Assembly (NCBI GenBank): GCA_973895155.1
Contig: OZ316892.1
Coordinates: forward strand, 25,319,233-25,383,232
Direction: 5' to 3'
Origin: Marsupella aquatica
Lineage: Eukaryota > Plantae > Marchantiophyta
DNA length: 64,000 bases
Of this stretch, positions 51,901 to 64,000 are shown piece by piece. Under the pieces are notes generated by a model. The model saw only the letters and a program-made list of their open reading frames with translations, ran no database searches and was not told the origin of the DNA. The number at the start of each line of letters is the position of its first letter. Position 1 is the stretch's first letter. Made by a program: the position numbers and the translations under genes.

Positions 51901-53159
51901 ACTATGCTAGGATGATGAATTAGGGGCTGAGAGCTTTTGTCGTTTCGAGGTTGTTGCAGCAGCTACGTATAGTTTATTGCGAACTTTATGGGCCTAGAGT
52001 AGGAAAAGGGAACTCCCTCCCCCCCGGAGGGAGCCCGTCTTGTTTTGCATGGAGCCACGTAGATTGTCCGTGTACAGAAAGTACAGGACTTTCTGCTTTT
52101 CTCGAATTTGTCCGAGTGTACTTTTTACTGTCCTCGAGATTACAATACGTGGTAACTGCACGTCAAAATAGGAAACAATGCTCCCATGGACCACAAGGTT
52201 GGTCTTTGAAACCCTCATGAACCACATTTATCATAATTTGAGTTAAATGTAAGAACGGGATATGTGTAAATTCAGATATTTTTAAGTTTTGAGAATGTGG
52301 TAGAGGAGTAAGTAAGGTACACTTACATCAAAGTGACTGAATTTTTGGCAATTATTGAATTATTCATCATGGAATGCAGAGCCGGAAGTTCTATTAAATT
52401 AATTCTCATTGTGTTAATATGAAATATTAGGGTTTGTATTTTCTTGTGTCTCCTTCTTCTCTAGTTGCCTTGCCGGTGAAAAATTAAAGATTATGTTAAG
52501 GATCATAATAATTAAGTTAGAAGCCCAAAACTCCTGTGGACCAGATTGTGTCCACCGTGATAGGACACAATGGACAGTGAAGCCCGGATATGACTATTGT
52601 CCGAGTGTGTTCATTTCAAGGAATTACAGGGTCCAGTAATTGCACATCAAAGTATAACATATATATGATGTACAATATCTCTACATACCATGATAAACCT
52701 CATTAAATCAATGAGTGCAAACCTTATATTAGCACATTTTGATGTGTGATTATCAACAGAAAAATTACAGGGGTCAATGTTTTGATTGTAGTCAAATGAG
52801 GTTTAGCCGTTTCCATCACTATTTTCACAATCCTCTGCCACCAAATTGGACCCAATTGTGTGAGTGAGACTTTGAACTTGTGTTTCAATGCTAGACCTGA
52901 CCAATTCCACCCAGCTCCTCTGCACTTTCACCCAGTCCCCTTTAAACCATTTTGACACACCAGCCTTTCTCAATTTTGACGCAAGAATGAGGGAGTTGTT
53001 CAATAGGAGAAGGAGAAAATGAAGGACGTACTGGATACCTGAGGGCAAAGAGCTCAGTGAGACAAGCAAGGAGCTCCTTGGGCTGAATGAACAAACTATG
53101 CTTGCAATGAGGCAACAGAACAGCACTTTCAGGTAGAAAATCTCATTCCATCTGATATG

Positions 53160-54457
53160 TCAAAGCGACAATGCATTCCTTGGATGTCAATTGGTCCGGA
53201 TCTGTGGACGGATGGGACTATGCAAGATCTCGGATCTCCGGGGGTGGGGATGCAACCCTTCTGAGTATGCACGCCAGAAGCTTAATAAGATGAGGGGCTT
53301 GGATCAGGAGGTGGGGGAACTCTGCTTATCCTTTGTGAGAAAAATTAAACGATATACTGGGGAAAAGGGGGCCGGATCTTCCGCAGCATGTTGGGTCTGG
53401 GCCGACAAGAAGGAGAGGATGAGGCACTTTTCCATACCCAATGCTAGAGTATATCAATTACTGCGCACCAAAGGTAGCGATTCTACCAGGCTCAACCGGA
53501 TCTGGTCTCTCCAACTATCGGATCTAGAGTGGAGCAAGCTCTGGAACTCACTGTGGATGTCAGATCTTTCCATGAAGTCTCGTACATTTATATGGCGTGT
53601 GATTGCACAAGGGCCCTTCACCAATGTTCGGGCACTGAAGATGGGTAAGTCGGATGGTACCTGTGGCTTGTGCCCTAACGTGCCTGAGACCATTCCTCAC
53701 ATTTTCTTTACTTGCAAGCTTGCAAGAAAAGGTTGGGCATTTGTTGCCGAAACGTTCCCTGATTTGATCACTTGGCCTGTCGGGGAGCTGAAAGGTATGA
53801 TGGAGGCCTTTGCTGGACCCAGTCTTGCTCGATCCTTGATAGTCTTCATGGTTTATCAAGTACTCTGGCATATTTGGCTTGCCAGGAATGAGAGTGTATT
53901 TAACAATGATAGAAGTAGGAAATTTGATCTGCTTCAGATCTTTTCAGAAATGATTGAAATACATGGCCTATGTGAGGACTCTGGCCCCTGCAACCGGCGC
54001 ACGCGGCTGCGGCAGACCAAGGAGGAAACTGTCATAGAACGTCTGAACTGGATTTCGAGGCCTGCGGCACGGTTCACACTATCTCTCTCGGACTAATGCC
54101 ATGAATTTACGCCTTGTTCACTCTTTGACAGGGTCACTCTCCCCTGCTTTGGTCTTTTCCCTGGTTGGGCTGCCAGGGGTCGAGCTGCTGCTCCTGTTTG
54201 CTGTTGATTTTCTAGGCTCACTGACCTGAAATGCTAATGCTAGGACTCGTCATGGGTGCCTTAGATGTATCGACAAATTTCTGCTAGGACCCTAAACAAT
54301 TGCAATAGAAGTATTGTGCTCTTTAGTGGCCTTGTAGTGTTTCTCTCGGGCTCTGGCTTGCTCTTTCTGGGTGTCTTTGTTGCCTTTTTGGCCCCCTTTC
54401 CAGTAGGGTTTTGCAGGTTTTATGTGAAAAAAAATATAGTAAAAAAAATTAAAAATT
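53160..54457 (+). mobile_element. L1-type LINE, 5'-truncated ORF2 C-terminus (zf-RVT) with A-rich tail
   Basis: ORF 53191-54096: WSKLWNSLW...KSRTFIWR...CGLCPNVPETIPHIFFTC...LWHIWLARNESVF. T-rich 3'UTR and A tail 54427-54455. Confidence 0.88.
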
Positions 54458-55049
54458 AGTCACCAATGACCTTGTGACTTTGTTACATGTTTGTTACATG
54501 AAGTCATGGGCGAGTGGACATGCTGTTCAGATGTGGAGCATTGTGGGGCTAGGGGCAAGTGTATGACATTTTCTCCCTCTATAGTCTGGATAGCAATTTT
54601 TTAACTCCGGTGTACACTGGCTGCCCATAAATATTGTGGAGGTTGTCGTTGTGATATCACTGGAAACTGGGCCTCCTTGTCAACATTCCTTACCAGGCAA
54701 GCTAAGGTTTTGAGTCCAAGTGATATGTTTCAATGCTTGCCATCCATGCATGTTAATCTGTGGGATTTGGCCAGTACACTCATTCGGTGCTTAGCTCTTG
54801 ACCTTCTGAAGAAGAGCAGCCAGCATAAATATCCAGCATCATGGAAAGCACTCCTCCCGTGAGAATTCACCTCTAAACCTTGACTTTTGAGGTTTAAGCT
54901 ACTCATCTGAATTTCTTAATGCGAGTTACATTCTAGTGCCACCAACATTGAGGGGATGGAGAACTCTTGAGTTAGGATGGCACAAGACACCCACCGCACC
55001 CAGCAGACAAAAGAAAATCTATAGCAATGCCAAAAATAACCTGATTTTG

Positions 55050-55380
55050 TTCCAACTATACAAACACTTCTGGTGTGGGGAATTAGTCTCAGGTCTCATA
55101 CCAGCAAACTTAAGTTGTTACTTCTCTAGAATGTGCTTTATCAGAATGTGTGTCATGGCCAGCCAAACAGGATCAGCTTAAACTTTGAGACAATTTGCAA
55201 GGAAAGGATTCTCAAACTGTGTCCGGTTGATTGATGGACCTTTGCTGCCTCTTGCATAGCGGCCAGCAACTGATGGGGAATATGAATATGATTGCATATG
55301 AAGCTACTAACTCCATCAACGCACAGGTAATATGTGACCACAAGAGGAAGATCCTCTTTGTCTACTCTTGTGAGTGTTCA
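55050..55380 (+). pseudogene. PIF/Harbinger DDE transposase remnant
   Basis: GFSNCVRLIDGPLLPLA*RPATDGE...SINAQVICDHKRKILFVY matches the Harbinger core (CxGxIDGT...S.N.Q..CD...I), with stops and frameshifts. Confidence 0.75.
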
Positions 55381-56579
55381 CATGTTTCAAAATGCTGCAT
55401 AGTTTGGCCAGGATATAAGTAGCTTCAAAAGATCACAACTTTGGGAAATTTGTAGAAGATAGTTATAGATAAACTAAACTGTGATGAAGCTAGTAGAGAG
55501 AAGGGGATACAGTTTCACAGCCCAGTAGCAATCATGTAATTTTGTTTAAAGTAAAAGAGGTTTTGACAATGTCAATTACAGTGAATTCCCATTTGTGTGA
55601 AGTCCTTGGTCATTCTAATAGTGACCAAATTTACACTGAGGCGCAAGTATGTGCAATCAACTATGGGATGAATGACATGTTTGCACCCAAACCAAAATCA
55701 TCATCAGTGAACATAGGCTCCACTTCAAGACCGACTACCAAAGGTGGAACTCAATTTGGACTAACTTCATCAATCTGCCAATCACTTCCTCTGATTTTTG
55801 GCTACGCAATAGCTCAATAAGTAGTGAAGTCTTCGTGGTCATATATGCCATCATCATGTGGTAAATCTGGTCAAGGTGTTGTCATTCTAGCTTTGGCTCC
55901 CGCTTGTGGCATGGAATTCCTCCATCTTCATTCTGTGCACACTCTCTTGACAGTCCTTCTAGGGTTCAACGGCCCTGGCCTGCTTGCAATCCAACAGCTC
56001 AACCTATTTCCATTTCTCTATGCTACTAATGATCTCTCTCTTGAACTTTGGTTTGGCTATGTGGCTTTCAATAGAGGCTCTTGAATGTGAATACATTCTT
56101 AAATATTGTGCTTCCCTGGTTGTCAGATTGTGGTGGCTTCTTCTTTGGCCTATTGGCTTCACCCTATTTGAATTTCTCTGACCTTGGGTGGGCCCATTTC
56201 CTTGTGCATGCGCTTCTTTTACTTTGGGGAAGGGTTGGGCATTAATTTTGGGCCAGAAGTTGAGCACACTCCTCTGACTTTTCAAACTGACAAAGTTTGT
56301 TGAGGAAGCAGTTGAGCCCAGGGTTGGGTTGGATGATCATATTCTTAGAACCACTGTCATCTACTTCAACTGGTCCATCCATCAACGAAAAGAAGCAGAT
56401 CGGTATTGTCATTCACCTACGACAACAAAATAAGTCAAGTTTTAATTGCCAGATATACAGGGGGACATACGTCTAGCAGTTCACCTGGTTCTGGTGCTTC
56501 TATTATATCACAATCTTCATCCATGTCTCTGTCTCAATTGTTTGCACCTTCAGCTTCAACCCCATCGCACAGAAAAATG

Positions 56580-57100
56580 AGCCTTGAATTGCAAAAGCCC
56601 TGAGTGGTTGAAACTACCACTACAATCCACATTGTCGGACAGCTTGATTTCCATAACTTTCCTGCTTGCAACCAAATTGTGGGCACAACTTCTCCAGCTT
56701 TCCCTGAATAGTCAAGCTAGGTTGATAGTCCTCTTCTGTCAGACCACCACCACTAAAGTTTTTCAGGACCAAAGCTTTTAGTTTAGTGAACATGTCCACA
56801 CACCTCCCAAATCTCTTGCTGAGATTTGCTACATCCATAATGGGGAAATCTTACTCATCCAGGACCACTACCATGTTTGTAAACGCTGGTTTCTTTGATT
56901 GCCATTTTCCATGAGGCCTCTTCTTCCTAAAGCTGTGTACAATCCCGTCTACAAGGCACTGAAATTCTCTGGGTTCCCACATAATCTAAATATCACATAG
57001 TGGTTGTACGTGAGTTTAGTGCCCCTATCAACTAGGGCTCTTGTAGGTTGACATCCTCCATTGCCAGCTCCACTAAAATATCTTAATTTCACCTTGTGCT
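56580..57100 (-). pseudogene. Possible Harbinger accessory (Myb/SANT-like) ORF remnant
   Basis: SGGGLTEEDYQPSLTIQGKLEKLCPQF resembles, from memory, the G.GLT..D...I..KL...CP.F segment of Harbinger-associated proteins; it converges on the transposase remnant. Confidence 0.45.
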
Positions 57101-60100
57101 GCCCCACCAATCTGGGCACTTGGACAAGCCATTGGTACACCTTGCCCAGAAACTCCTGTGGTGGTAGTACAACGTGGAGCCAGAAATGGAGATCTTGCTA
57201 ATCCTGTGATATTATTGGCAGCCATGAGAGCACTGATCTGTGAGGTCTCCTCGTGCCTGTGAGAAGTTGATTGCAGCACATCTGCTGGCAACTTTTATCT
57301 GCTGTGAGAATACTTAGGGAGGAAATTGTATAAAGCATCCATGGAGACAACTTATAGTCTTTGAGGCCAAAAAGTCTGCCATGGTGTGGAGTGACTAGAA
57401 AGGTTGGAAGCATAGAGTGTGGAGTGATTGAATTGCACAAAATGTAGAGCGCAATGGAAGTTTTGACTTTGACATTTAAAATGGATATTATGGTGGGCGC
57501 TTATGCTACTTGCATTCCTTGTCATTTTAGGATCATTCAACATTATTGGAAGTCCAAACAAAGTCTGACCCAGGGCGTCTCAGACTTGCCAACCCCTGCC
57601 CAAGACAATAGGTCATTGTCCACCGCCTGACTGAACTTGGCAGAAGGTCAGTTGTTGTAAAAATTCTGATGCTCAAACATTGAGACCCCCTAGTACTTTC
57701 TAGTCGAAGCTCAAGCCAAGATGGACCTTGCCCAAAGCATGCATTTGTACTGACACCTCCCATTTTACAATCTGGAGGATAAGACGGGAAAAAAGTGTCA
57801 GACTGATTACTTAATCCCAAGAGGATATCTTGAAATGTGTCTTACTTTTGACATAACTGTCTAGCATTATCTTCCAAAATGTGATGAGATTGAGCCAAAA
57901 TAGATCAGTCCTCTTTAACAGAAATAATTTGTTTGAAAGCTTGATGCAATTTCTAATGAGTTAGGGAGGGTGTTGGGAACTTGAATGACTGCAAGAAATG
58001 CAGCCCAAAATGTTCATCTGCAATCATCAGTTAGATTTTCTTTGTAACTTCCTTTTTAATCTGGAGTGTGAAATGTGCTATCTGAGAAATTTTAAATTGT
58101 TTGGGTGTGGTCCATCCCGGTTGCAAAAGTCTATCCGAGCCTATATCAACCAACGATGGGGTCCATCCTGGCATCATCATCCTTTCTCATCTAAAGGTTT
58201 TACTAAACTCACTTTCTCATGGAAGGTGAAGCCCGGATGGACCTGGCCAATCTTACAGTCATGAGAACAGGCAAAAAAATGTCAGACTAATGCCAAAACC
58301 ATTATGAGTATTAAATATCCTCTTCTAGATTAGAGAGCCACATCACATGGTGCCAAAAGCAATGTGAGTTTAAAAACATCCTTCCCTGCATTGGAGGCTG
58401 TCTGATTTGGCACTCATAATGTTTCTAAATGGGTTTGGAATCAAGCAAAATTTGGTTTGTTGAAAAGCTCATTTGATCCTCCTGCTAAGTAGCTAAACTG
58501 GCTCTTGAGACAGTGGGTGTCAAAACATGTTCATCCATTATCACCAATTAGATTTTGGCTTACACACCCACTTACAAAATATTTCAGTTTAGAGTAAATG
58601 TGTTGTCTGACAAAAATTTAGGGTGTGGACACGATCCATGCTGGAGAGTTGAGAAAGTCCATCCAAGCATATGTGCAAATCCTGATGTCCATCCAGACAT
58701 CATTTTCCTTTCTCAAGAGATACTAACCAATTGATTGGTTTTCTCATTACAATCTTGTTACCCCGTGAATGATGGGGACCAACTAAGGGCCCATTCCAAA
58801 CTGGGTTGAACTTTACAGGCACTTTTAATTCAAGATACATATGCAATGGACACCGACACAAATAATACATGGTCTATAGAGAAGTTCACTACGCACAACC
58901 TATATATCAGCCATAGCCTGACAATTTTCTGTAGGAATACTCCTCTATCTCTCCACTAGCCTGTGTCCTGAAACTGAAACTCTCTAGTGTGCACAACAAG
59001 AAGCTCCAAGAGCTACATACTCTCAATCTTGCCCACTCTCATGTCTGTTCCAATTTACTCCAAAGTAATTCTGCTTAACTAACTCTAGTTAACTTAGCTA
59101 AGGTAACAGACAAATAACTAATTACCAATACTCGCTTACACAGTTGCACTAAGGTCATGGACCTGAAACTGAAACTGAATAAACACGGGGGAGAGCATAG
59201 AATTGACCAAGACAGCCAGATTCACAACTGGTGTCAACTCTAACAAATGTTTGAACGCTTGGGACATGAAGGCCAGGAAAGGGACACTAGCTAGGGAAGT
59301 CGGACCAGGAGACAAGAGTTCCAACCCAAAGAGGAGGCCATCATTAGTATCTTGTTCCAATTGTTTTTTTTTGTTTTTTGTTTTTTTTTTTGGGGGGGGG
59401 GGCAAAAGTAAAACGCATTACAAGCATGTATGTTAAACCGTAGACCTCTTTCATTGTTTCTTACTAATAGTAAACTATTTCTGTTGGTGCAGGGATAGTG
59501 TAAGAAGGTGATAAGCACACCTGAGATTTTGTTTCAAGAAGGATCTGGTCAAATATTTTTAAATTGTCGTCACAGGGGCCCTCAGCCCCTCACCACAAAA
59601 TAATGATACAAAATGCATCTGGTTGACCACATGCTTCTCTTGTCGGCTATCTGATAAATTTGCTTTTTAATTTATTTATAGAAAGTTGCTACAGTACAAG
59701 TCTGCATACCATGTTCAAGGTTAAAACAAAATTTGGAAAATCAAGGACACAAATCCCAACACTAAGAGTACAGACGTACGGGACATTACAAGAAGATACA
59801 TATTTAATTTGGGGCCCATTCGTATGTATATATTATTTATTTTCACATTTAGTTGTTGCCCAATTGCTATAAAGCCCTATAACATTTGATTGTTGCGTCG
59901 TTGCCCTATCGGATATAGGGAATCATATGAAAAATAGAAAATTGGTGCTTGTTAAAGGGCTGCTTGCCCTCAAGAAAACTTAAATTAAAAAAAAAACAGA
60001 TGGAATGCAGCTTTCAACAATGTTCTTTTCGACAGAAAAAGGGCAGGTAAACATGGTACAAACAGATCCTACTAGCGTGCCATTGTGAAAAGGCTTTTTG

Positions 60101-60390
60101 TTGACACATTCTGAACTTGCCTAATTATTGTGTAGAATCTTGTCACAAAGTAAATCAAAGGAACTAGTACCACCTTTTCTCATATGTTAATCGTTTATTC
60201 TTAGGTCTAGAGTTATTTAATAATGATGACAATTAATCTATAAATAATCATGTATGGGGTCATGTACTTGATTTAAGGTAGATACATCAATATACCCATT
60301 AGCTGGATTTTAGCTTGTGAGTGTAACTTAAGGTCATTGTCACAAATCCAGCAAATGGGATAGGGCTAGTTTAGTCTCTAGACACTTTAC

Positions 60391-60768
60391 TGTTAGGTTA
60401 TGTCTCTAGTAGAACTTAATTACTTCCATAGTAGTAGTTAGGCTCTAGCAGACTAGGATAACACTCATTTGAGTTCCAGGCTCCCATTTACCATGGGATA
60501 GGGTATACCCAAGGGAACCCAAGTGTGTGCTCACATTTGAGAGTTCAATCCACTTCTATGCAAAGGATGGAGGGTGAGAGAGATCAGGTCATAGTGGAGC
60601 TTGTGGAGCTAGGTTGTGGTGAATGTATTGTTATGTTCATATATATTCTACTCTCACAGCCGTGGACGTAGCCCAGACAAGGTGAATCACATACTCTCTC
60701 TGTCGGTGATGATTCATGGTTGTATGCTGGTTCCTTTGCTGTCATGCTGTCCAATTAGATCCCTATCA
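60391..60768 (+). mobile_element. Copia-type solo LTR (378 bp)
   Basis: TGTTAGG...CCTATCA termini; flanks TTTAC/TTGAC (4/5 TSD); U5-type motif CCGTGGACGTAGCC...GGTGAATCAC at ~60660-60690. Confidence 0.7.
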
Positions 60769-62050
60769 TTGACATGGTCAACAAGCCTACTGTGTAAATT
60801 TTTCTTGTATGTTCCTGTAGATGTAACCTCAAGAGACACGAATCATGTATCTTTTACGTCGACTACTTCCTTGCTAGATATTTCACATGTATAGGTTGTT
60901 TACGAGTAGCCGTTGTTTACTGAACAATGTATTAATCCTTCTAAAGCTACAAATTTGGCTCTCCATTACTTGAATGCCAGACTAGGAGCTTCAAGATGTC
61001 AATGGGGGGTTGCATCTGTCATTCCATTCGTGTTCACTTACTATGGGACTTTTTCTTATTGTTCTACCCTGACCATCAAAGTCTGGGGTGTTACATGACC
61101 AGTATGTATGAGATTGAGTGCAGGACTGAGTGGTAATTGCTAGGGAGATCCCATTGTCAATATTATTTTTTGCCATGTCTCCCCTACTTGCTATCACGGC
61201 TTTTGTGGGTTGTTTTTCTCGAATGCATGTTTTCCTCCATTGCAGATAATACCCACATTGTGCCACCAATTTCAGTTCTGGGTGATGCATCTACTTTGTA
61301 AACAGACTTGCTCTCCTAGGTTTGTCCATATATTCAATTTTAGGAGTGTGGGGTCTGGTCTCTGCAACCACTCCCTCACCCCTTGGTGTATTCCCATTTT
61401 CAACTAAGGTGGCATGATCAGGGTCAGGATCTTGGCATTTCATTTGGAGATCCAACCTTGGTGCTTGATTTTTTGCAGACTACATGGTTTAAAACATTGA
61501 CCACTTGGTGGCATTAGGGGATGTCCAGACTGTCTGCATGATATAGGTCCAATACTTTGTCTGACCAATCATATATTCTCATGAATGTGTCTCCCACTAA
61601 TATCTTTGTATCCTCGCTCTCTCCATGGACACCGTTGTGATGGAGAGAATTTGGTCACCTTTTTGGCCCGGAAGCCCTTGATGGAGGACACAGTTCTTTT
61701 GCAGCATGGCATGCATCTTTGCCCCATCAGTTGGTGGCATGGGCATTTCATTGGCCATTTCTACTAGTCTAATGCCTAGTTGGAGGGTCACTTGAGGGTT
61801 TAGGGGTGTGATCCACTGAGGGTTTACGGGTGTCAGGATCAGTGTCCAACTAAATGTTCTAAAAGGGTGAGTTTGGGGATGGTGTTCCTTAAGTAAAACC
61901 GTTTGTTGAGCACCTTTGGCTTCACTCACTATATAGGTAAGGCTTGTCTCATGTCGTGCGCATACACATCGCTACACAACATACATCGCTTGTCACATAC
62001 ATCCAAACATAGTCACACTGCCACATCACAAACACAAGAGAATGGAATAC

Positions 62051-62347
62051 CTCGGGGGTCTCACTATATGGGGACCTCCCCATCGCCTGCGACGTTTTTA
62101 GGCCTCGGACCCCCTAAAATGTAAGAAAACAAATTTATTTTTTAACCCCTATAAAGTTGGAATATTCTTGGAATATTCTAAAAATTGGATTGAAAAGACC
62201 CTAATGTTCTTATAAGTCTCAAAATTGAATTTAAAAGACCCTATTGTTCTTCTACAAAAATTCTTAAGTCTTCCCTTAGAACCAATAAAATGACCCTATC
62301 CTTCGTCGCACGTGATATGCCATTTTTGTGGAAGTGAGACCCCCAAG
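62051..62347. mobile_element. 297-bp MITE with 8-bp TSD (hAT-like) inserted in the gypsy LTR
   Basis: TIR CTCGGGGGTCTCACT / AGTGAGACCCCCAAG (14/15). TSD TGGAATAC at 62043-50 and 62348-55. The empty site is present in the duplicate LTR piece (~62814-62822). Confidence 0.92.
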
Positions 62348-63034
62348 TGGAATACAAGTGGAACTCATGTCCACACATGTCCAAAACCCACAATAATCTC
62401 AATACAATCGGCACAACGATCCCGGTCAACAATACCCCATCGATCCCGCACCGATCCAATCACATACGTATGTCAAGCCAACGCACCTTGCACTACTCAA
62501 GGAATCCACGTTACACAAGCGGAGCTCACAGCCACCATAGCCACTCAAGCTCCTCTCTCTCCAAGGCTCAACATTGAAAGATGACCTTTCAATGCCTCAC
62601 AAGTGAGAAGTACTCTCTCACACAAACCTGACGGAACCTTATCGGCTTATATAGCACACATACCAAACATACGGATCTAGATAGTACAATACACTCTAAC
62701 ACTACCTAGAATGGTGTGACAGCTGTCGTGCGCATACACATCGCTACACAACATACATCGCTTGTCACATACATCCAAACATAGTCACACTACCACATCA
62801 CAAACACAAGAGAATGGAATACAAGTGGAACTCATGTCCACACATGTCCAAAACCCACAATCGCCCCCCTAGTTGGGAGTAAGGTCCCCTAACTCTAGCT
62901 AGCCATGAGTTCTACAAGGTTGATATACACCTTTTTAGGTGTGAAGATCAGGAGACCGAGTGCAAGTGAGCCCCATCGATCACCTACCTGCAATCCATAT
63001 CTGCCAAGAGAACACAAATGATAACTAGTCGGCT

Positions 63035-63989
63035 TCACCGACACTGAGGACACAACCATGATCCACTAGAAATCACCTGCAATGGTGGTGTCAAACATGA
63101 CATGTGCCATCCTCTAGAACACTTATCACAAATCAACATAGTAGCTGCTCCCTGAGCAGATCCACACAACATACATTTCAAGCCAGCACGAACATGTGCC
63201 AAGCTTGGATCTACTATACCATCAATGTTGGGAAGGTGACATGGTGCACAATTGCGCACATGATCCTTCCAAACCATACCATCACGTCCCTCCAACATCA
63301 GGACACCAGAAGGCAACACTTCACGCACACGTGAGATTGTCCGACCTACGGTCACATCAAGTGTTGTGGGTGTTGTCTGCTGGAAATAAACATAATTACT
63401 AGGATGAAATTGTCGAATGCTTGCACGGTAACCTCCTCCACGAATAGTGGCATACCTCAAAGTATCACGATGTTGGGCAATGGCAAGGTTGTCAAACGCC
63501 ATGGGCATCACTCTCTGAAATACACGTGCTCTCTCTGAACACACCTTGACCCAAACATCAGGATCATCCAAGTTCACAACTGGTGCAACATCACGACAAA
63601 TAGCTGCTAGCAAATCTGGCTCTCTACCATAGAGCAAAAAGTAAGGTGAAAAGGATGCAAGTGATGCTTGCCGACTGAAATGGTAGCCCATAGATGACCA
63701 ACCTGCAAGCCATACTTACACAATCCTCTCTTCACAATTTGCACAACTCTCTCAGCTAATCCATCTACCTCAAGATGATCACGAGAGGTAGTACGATGAT
63801 CAATCAGAGCTTTTCACACAAACTCTCAAACTCTCCACGGAACTCAGTTCCCTGATCAGTCAACACCTCAGCTGGTGCTCCAAAATGACTGAGTACACAA
63901 TCCAAAAATGTAGCAGCAACTCCTCCACTGGATTTATCTGGCAACGCCACTAGCTCAATCCACTTGGAGAAGTGCTCCACCATGACCAA
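63035..63989 (-). pseudogene. Gypsy integrase (core, SH3-like C-terminal domain, PHD finger), disrupted
   Basis: ORFs 63804-63989 and 63035-63691 are separated by a stop and frameshifts. The terminal C4HC3 CMLC...CDKC....H..C...WLCPQC lies at 63038-63175. Confidence 0.88.
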
Positions 63990-64000
63990 AACATACCGAT

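Larger units (their letters stand above)
61952..64000 (-). mobile_element. 3' end of a Ty3/gypsy LTR retrotransposon (integrase-PHD, PPT, 3' LTR); continues beyond the window
   Basis: Integrase core VEHFSKWIELVAL...FGAPAEVLTDQGTEF...GLAERVVQ, then SPYFLLYGREP; integrase is the last domain (gypsy order). PPT AGGGGGG at 62864-62870. LTR 62721->61952 is TGTCACAC...CACGACA with CTATATAAG. Confidence 0.9.

Noticed and set aside
63038-63175. TE PHD captured from the nearby ORC1 PHD
   Set aside because: Similarity is limited to generic PHD consensus positions; no nucleotide-level match seen.

Overview
Eukaryotic land-plant nuclear DNA with compact GT-AG introns; the TE repertoire suggests a non-seed plant, but that is inference. 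Four apparently intact spliced genes: a DOXC 2-oxoglutarate/Fe(II) dioxygenase (+, 16251-18848), ORC1 (+, 17 exons, 24393-31177), a REX4-like DEDDh RNA exonuclease (-, 33442-36213) and a GA20ox-like dioxygenase (-, 43644-45412). They sit among nested, mostly decayed TEs: a Bianca-like Ty1/copia whose gag is split by a 3.5-kb TG...CA insert with a perfect 5-bp TSD, L1 LINE 3' ends, MITEs, solo LTRs, a PIF/Harbinger relic and the 3' end of a Ty3/gypsy element. The best candidates for novelty are (1) a gypsy integrase ending in a PHD finger where chromoviruses have a chromodomain, with an LTR-LTR junction and a related solo LTR elsewhere in the window; (2) the 3.5-kb solo-LTR-like insert, which carries its own ~670-codon gene; (3) a ~390-bp TRIM-like element with tRNA-derived sequence in its LTRs. 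All calls were made by eye from motifs; no database search was run.
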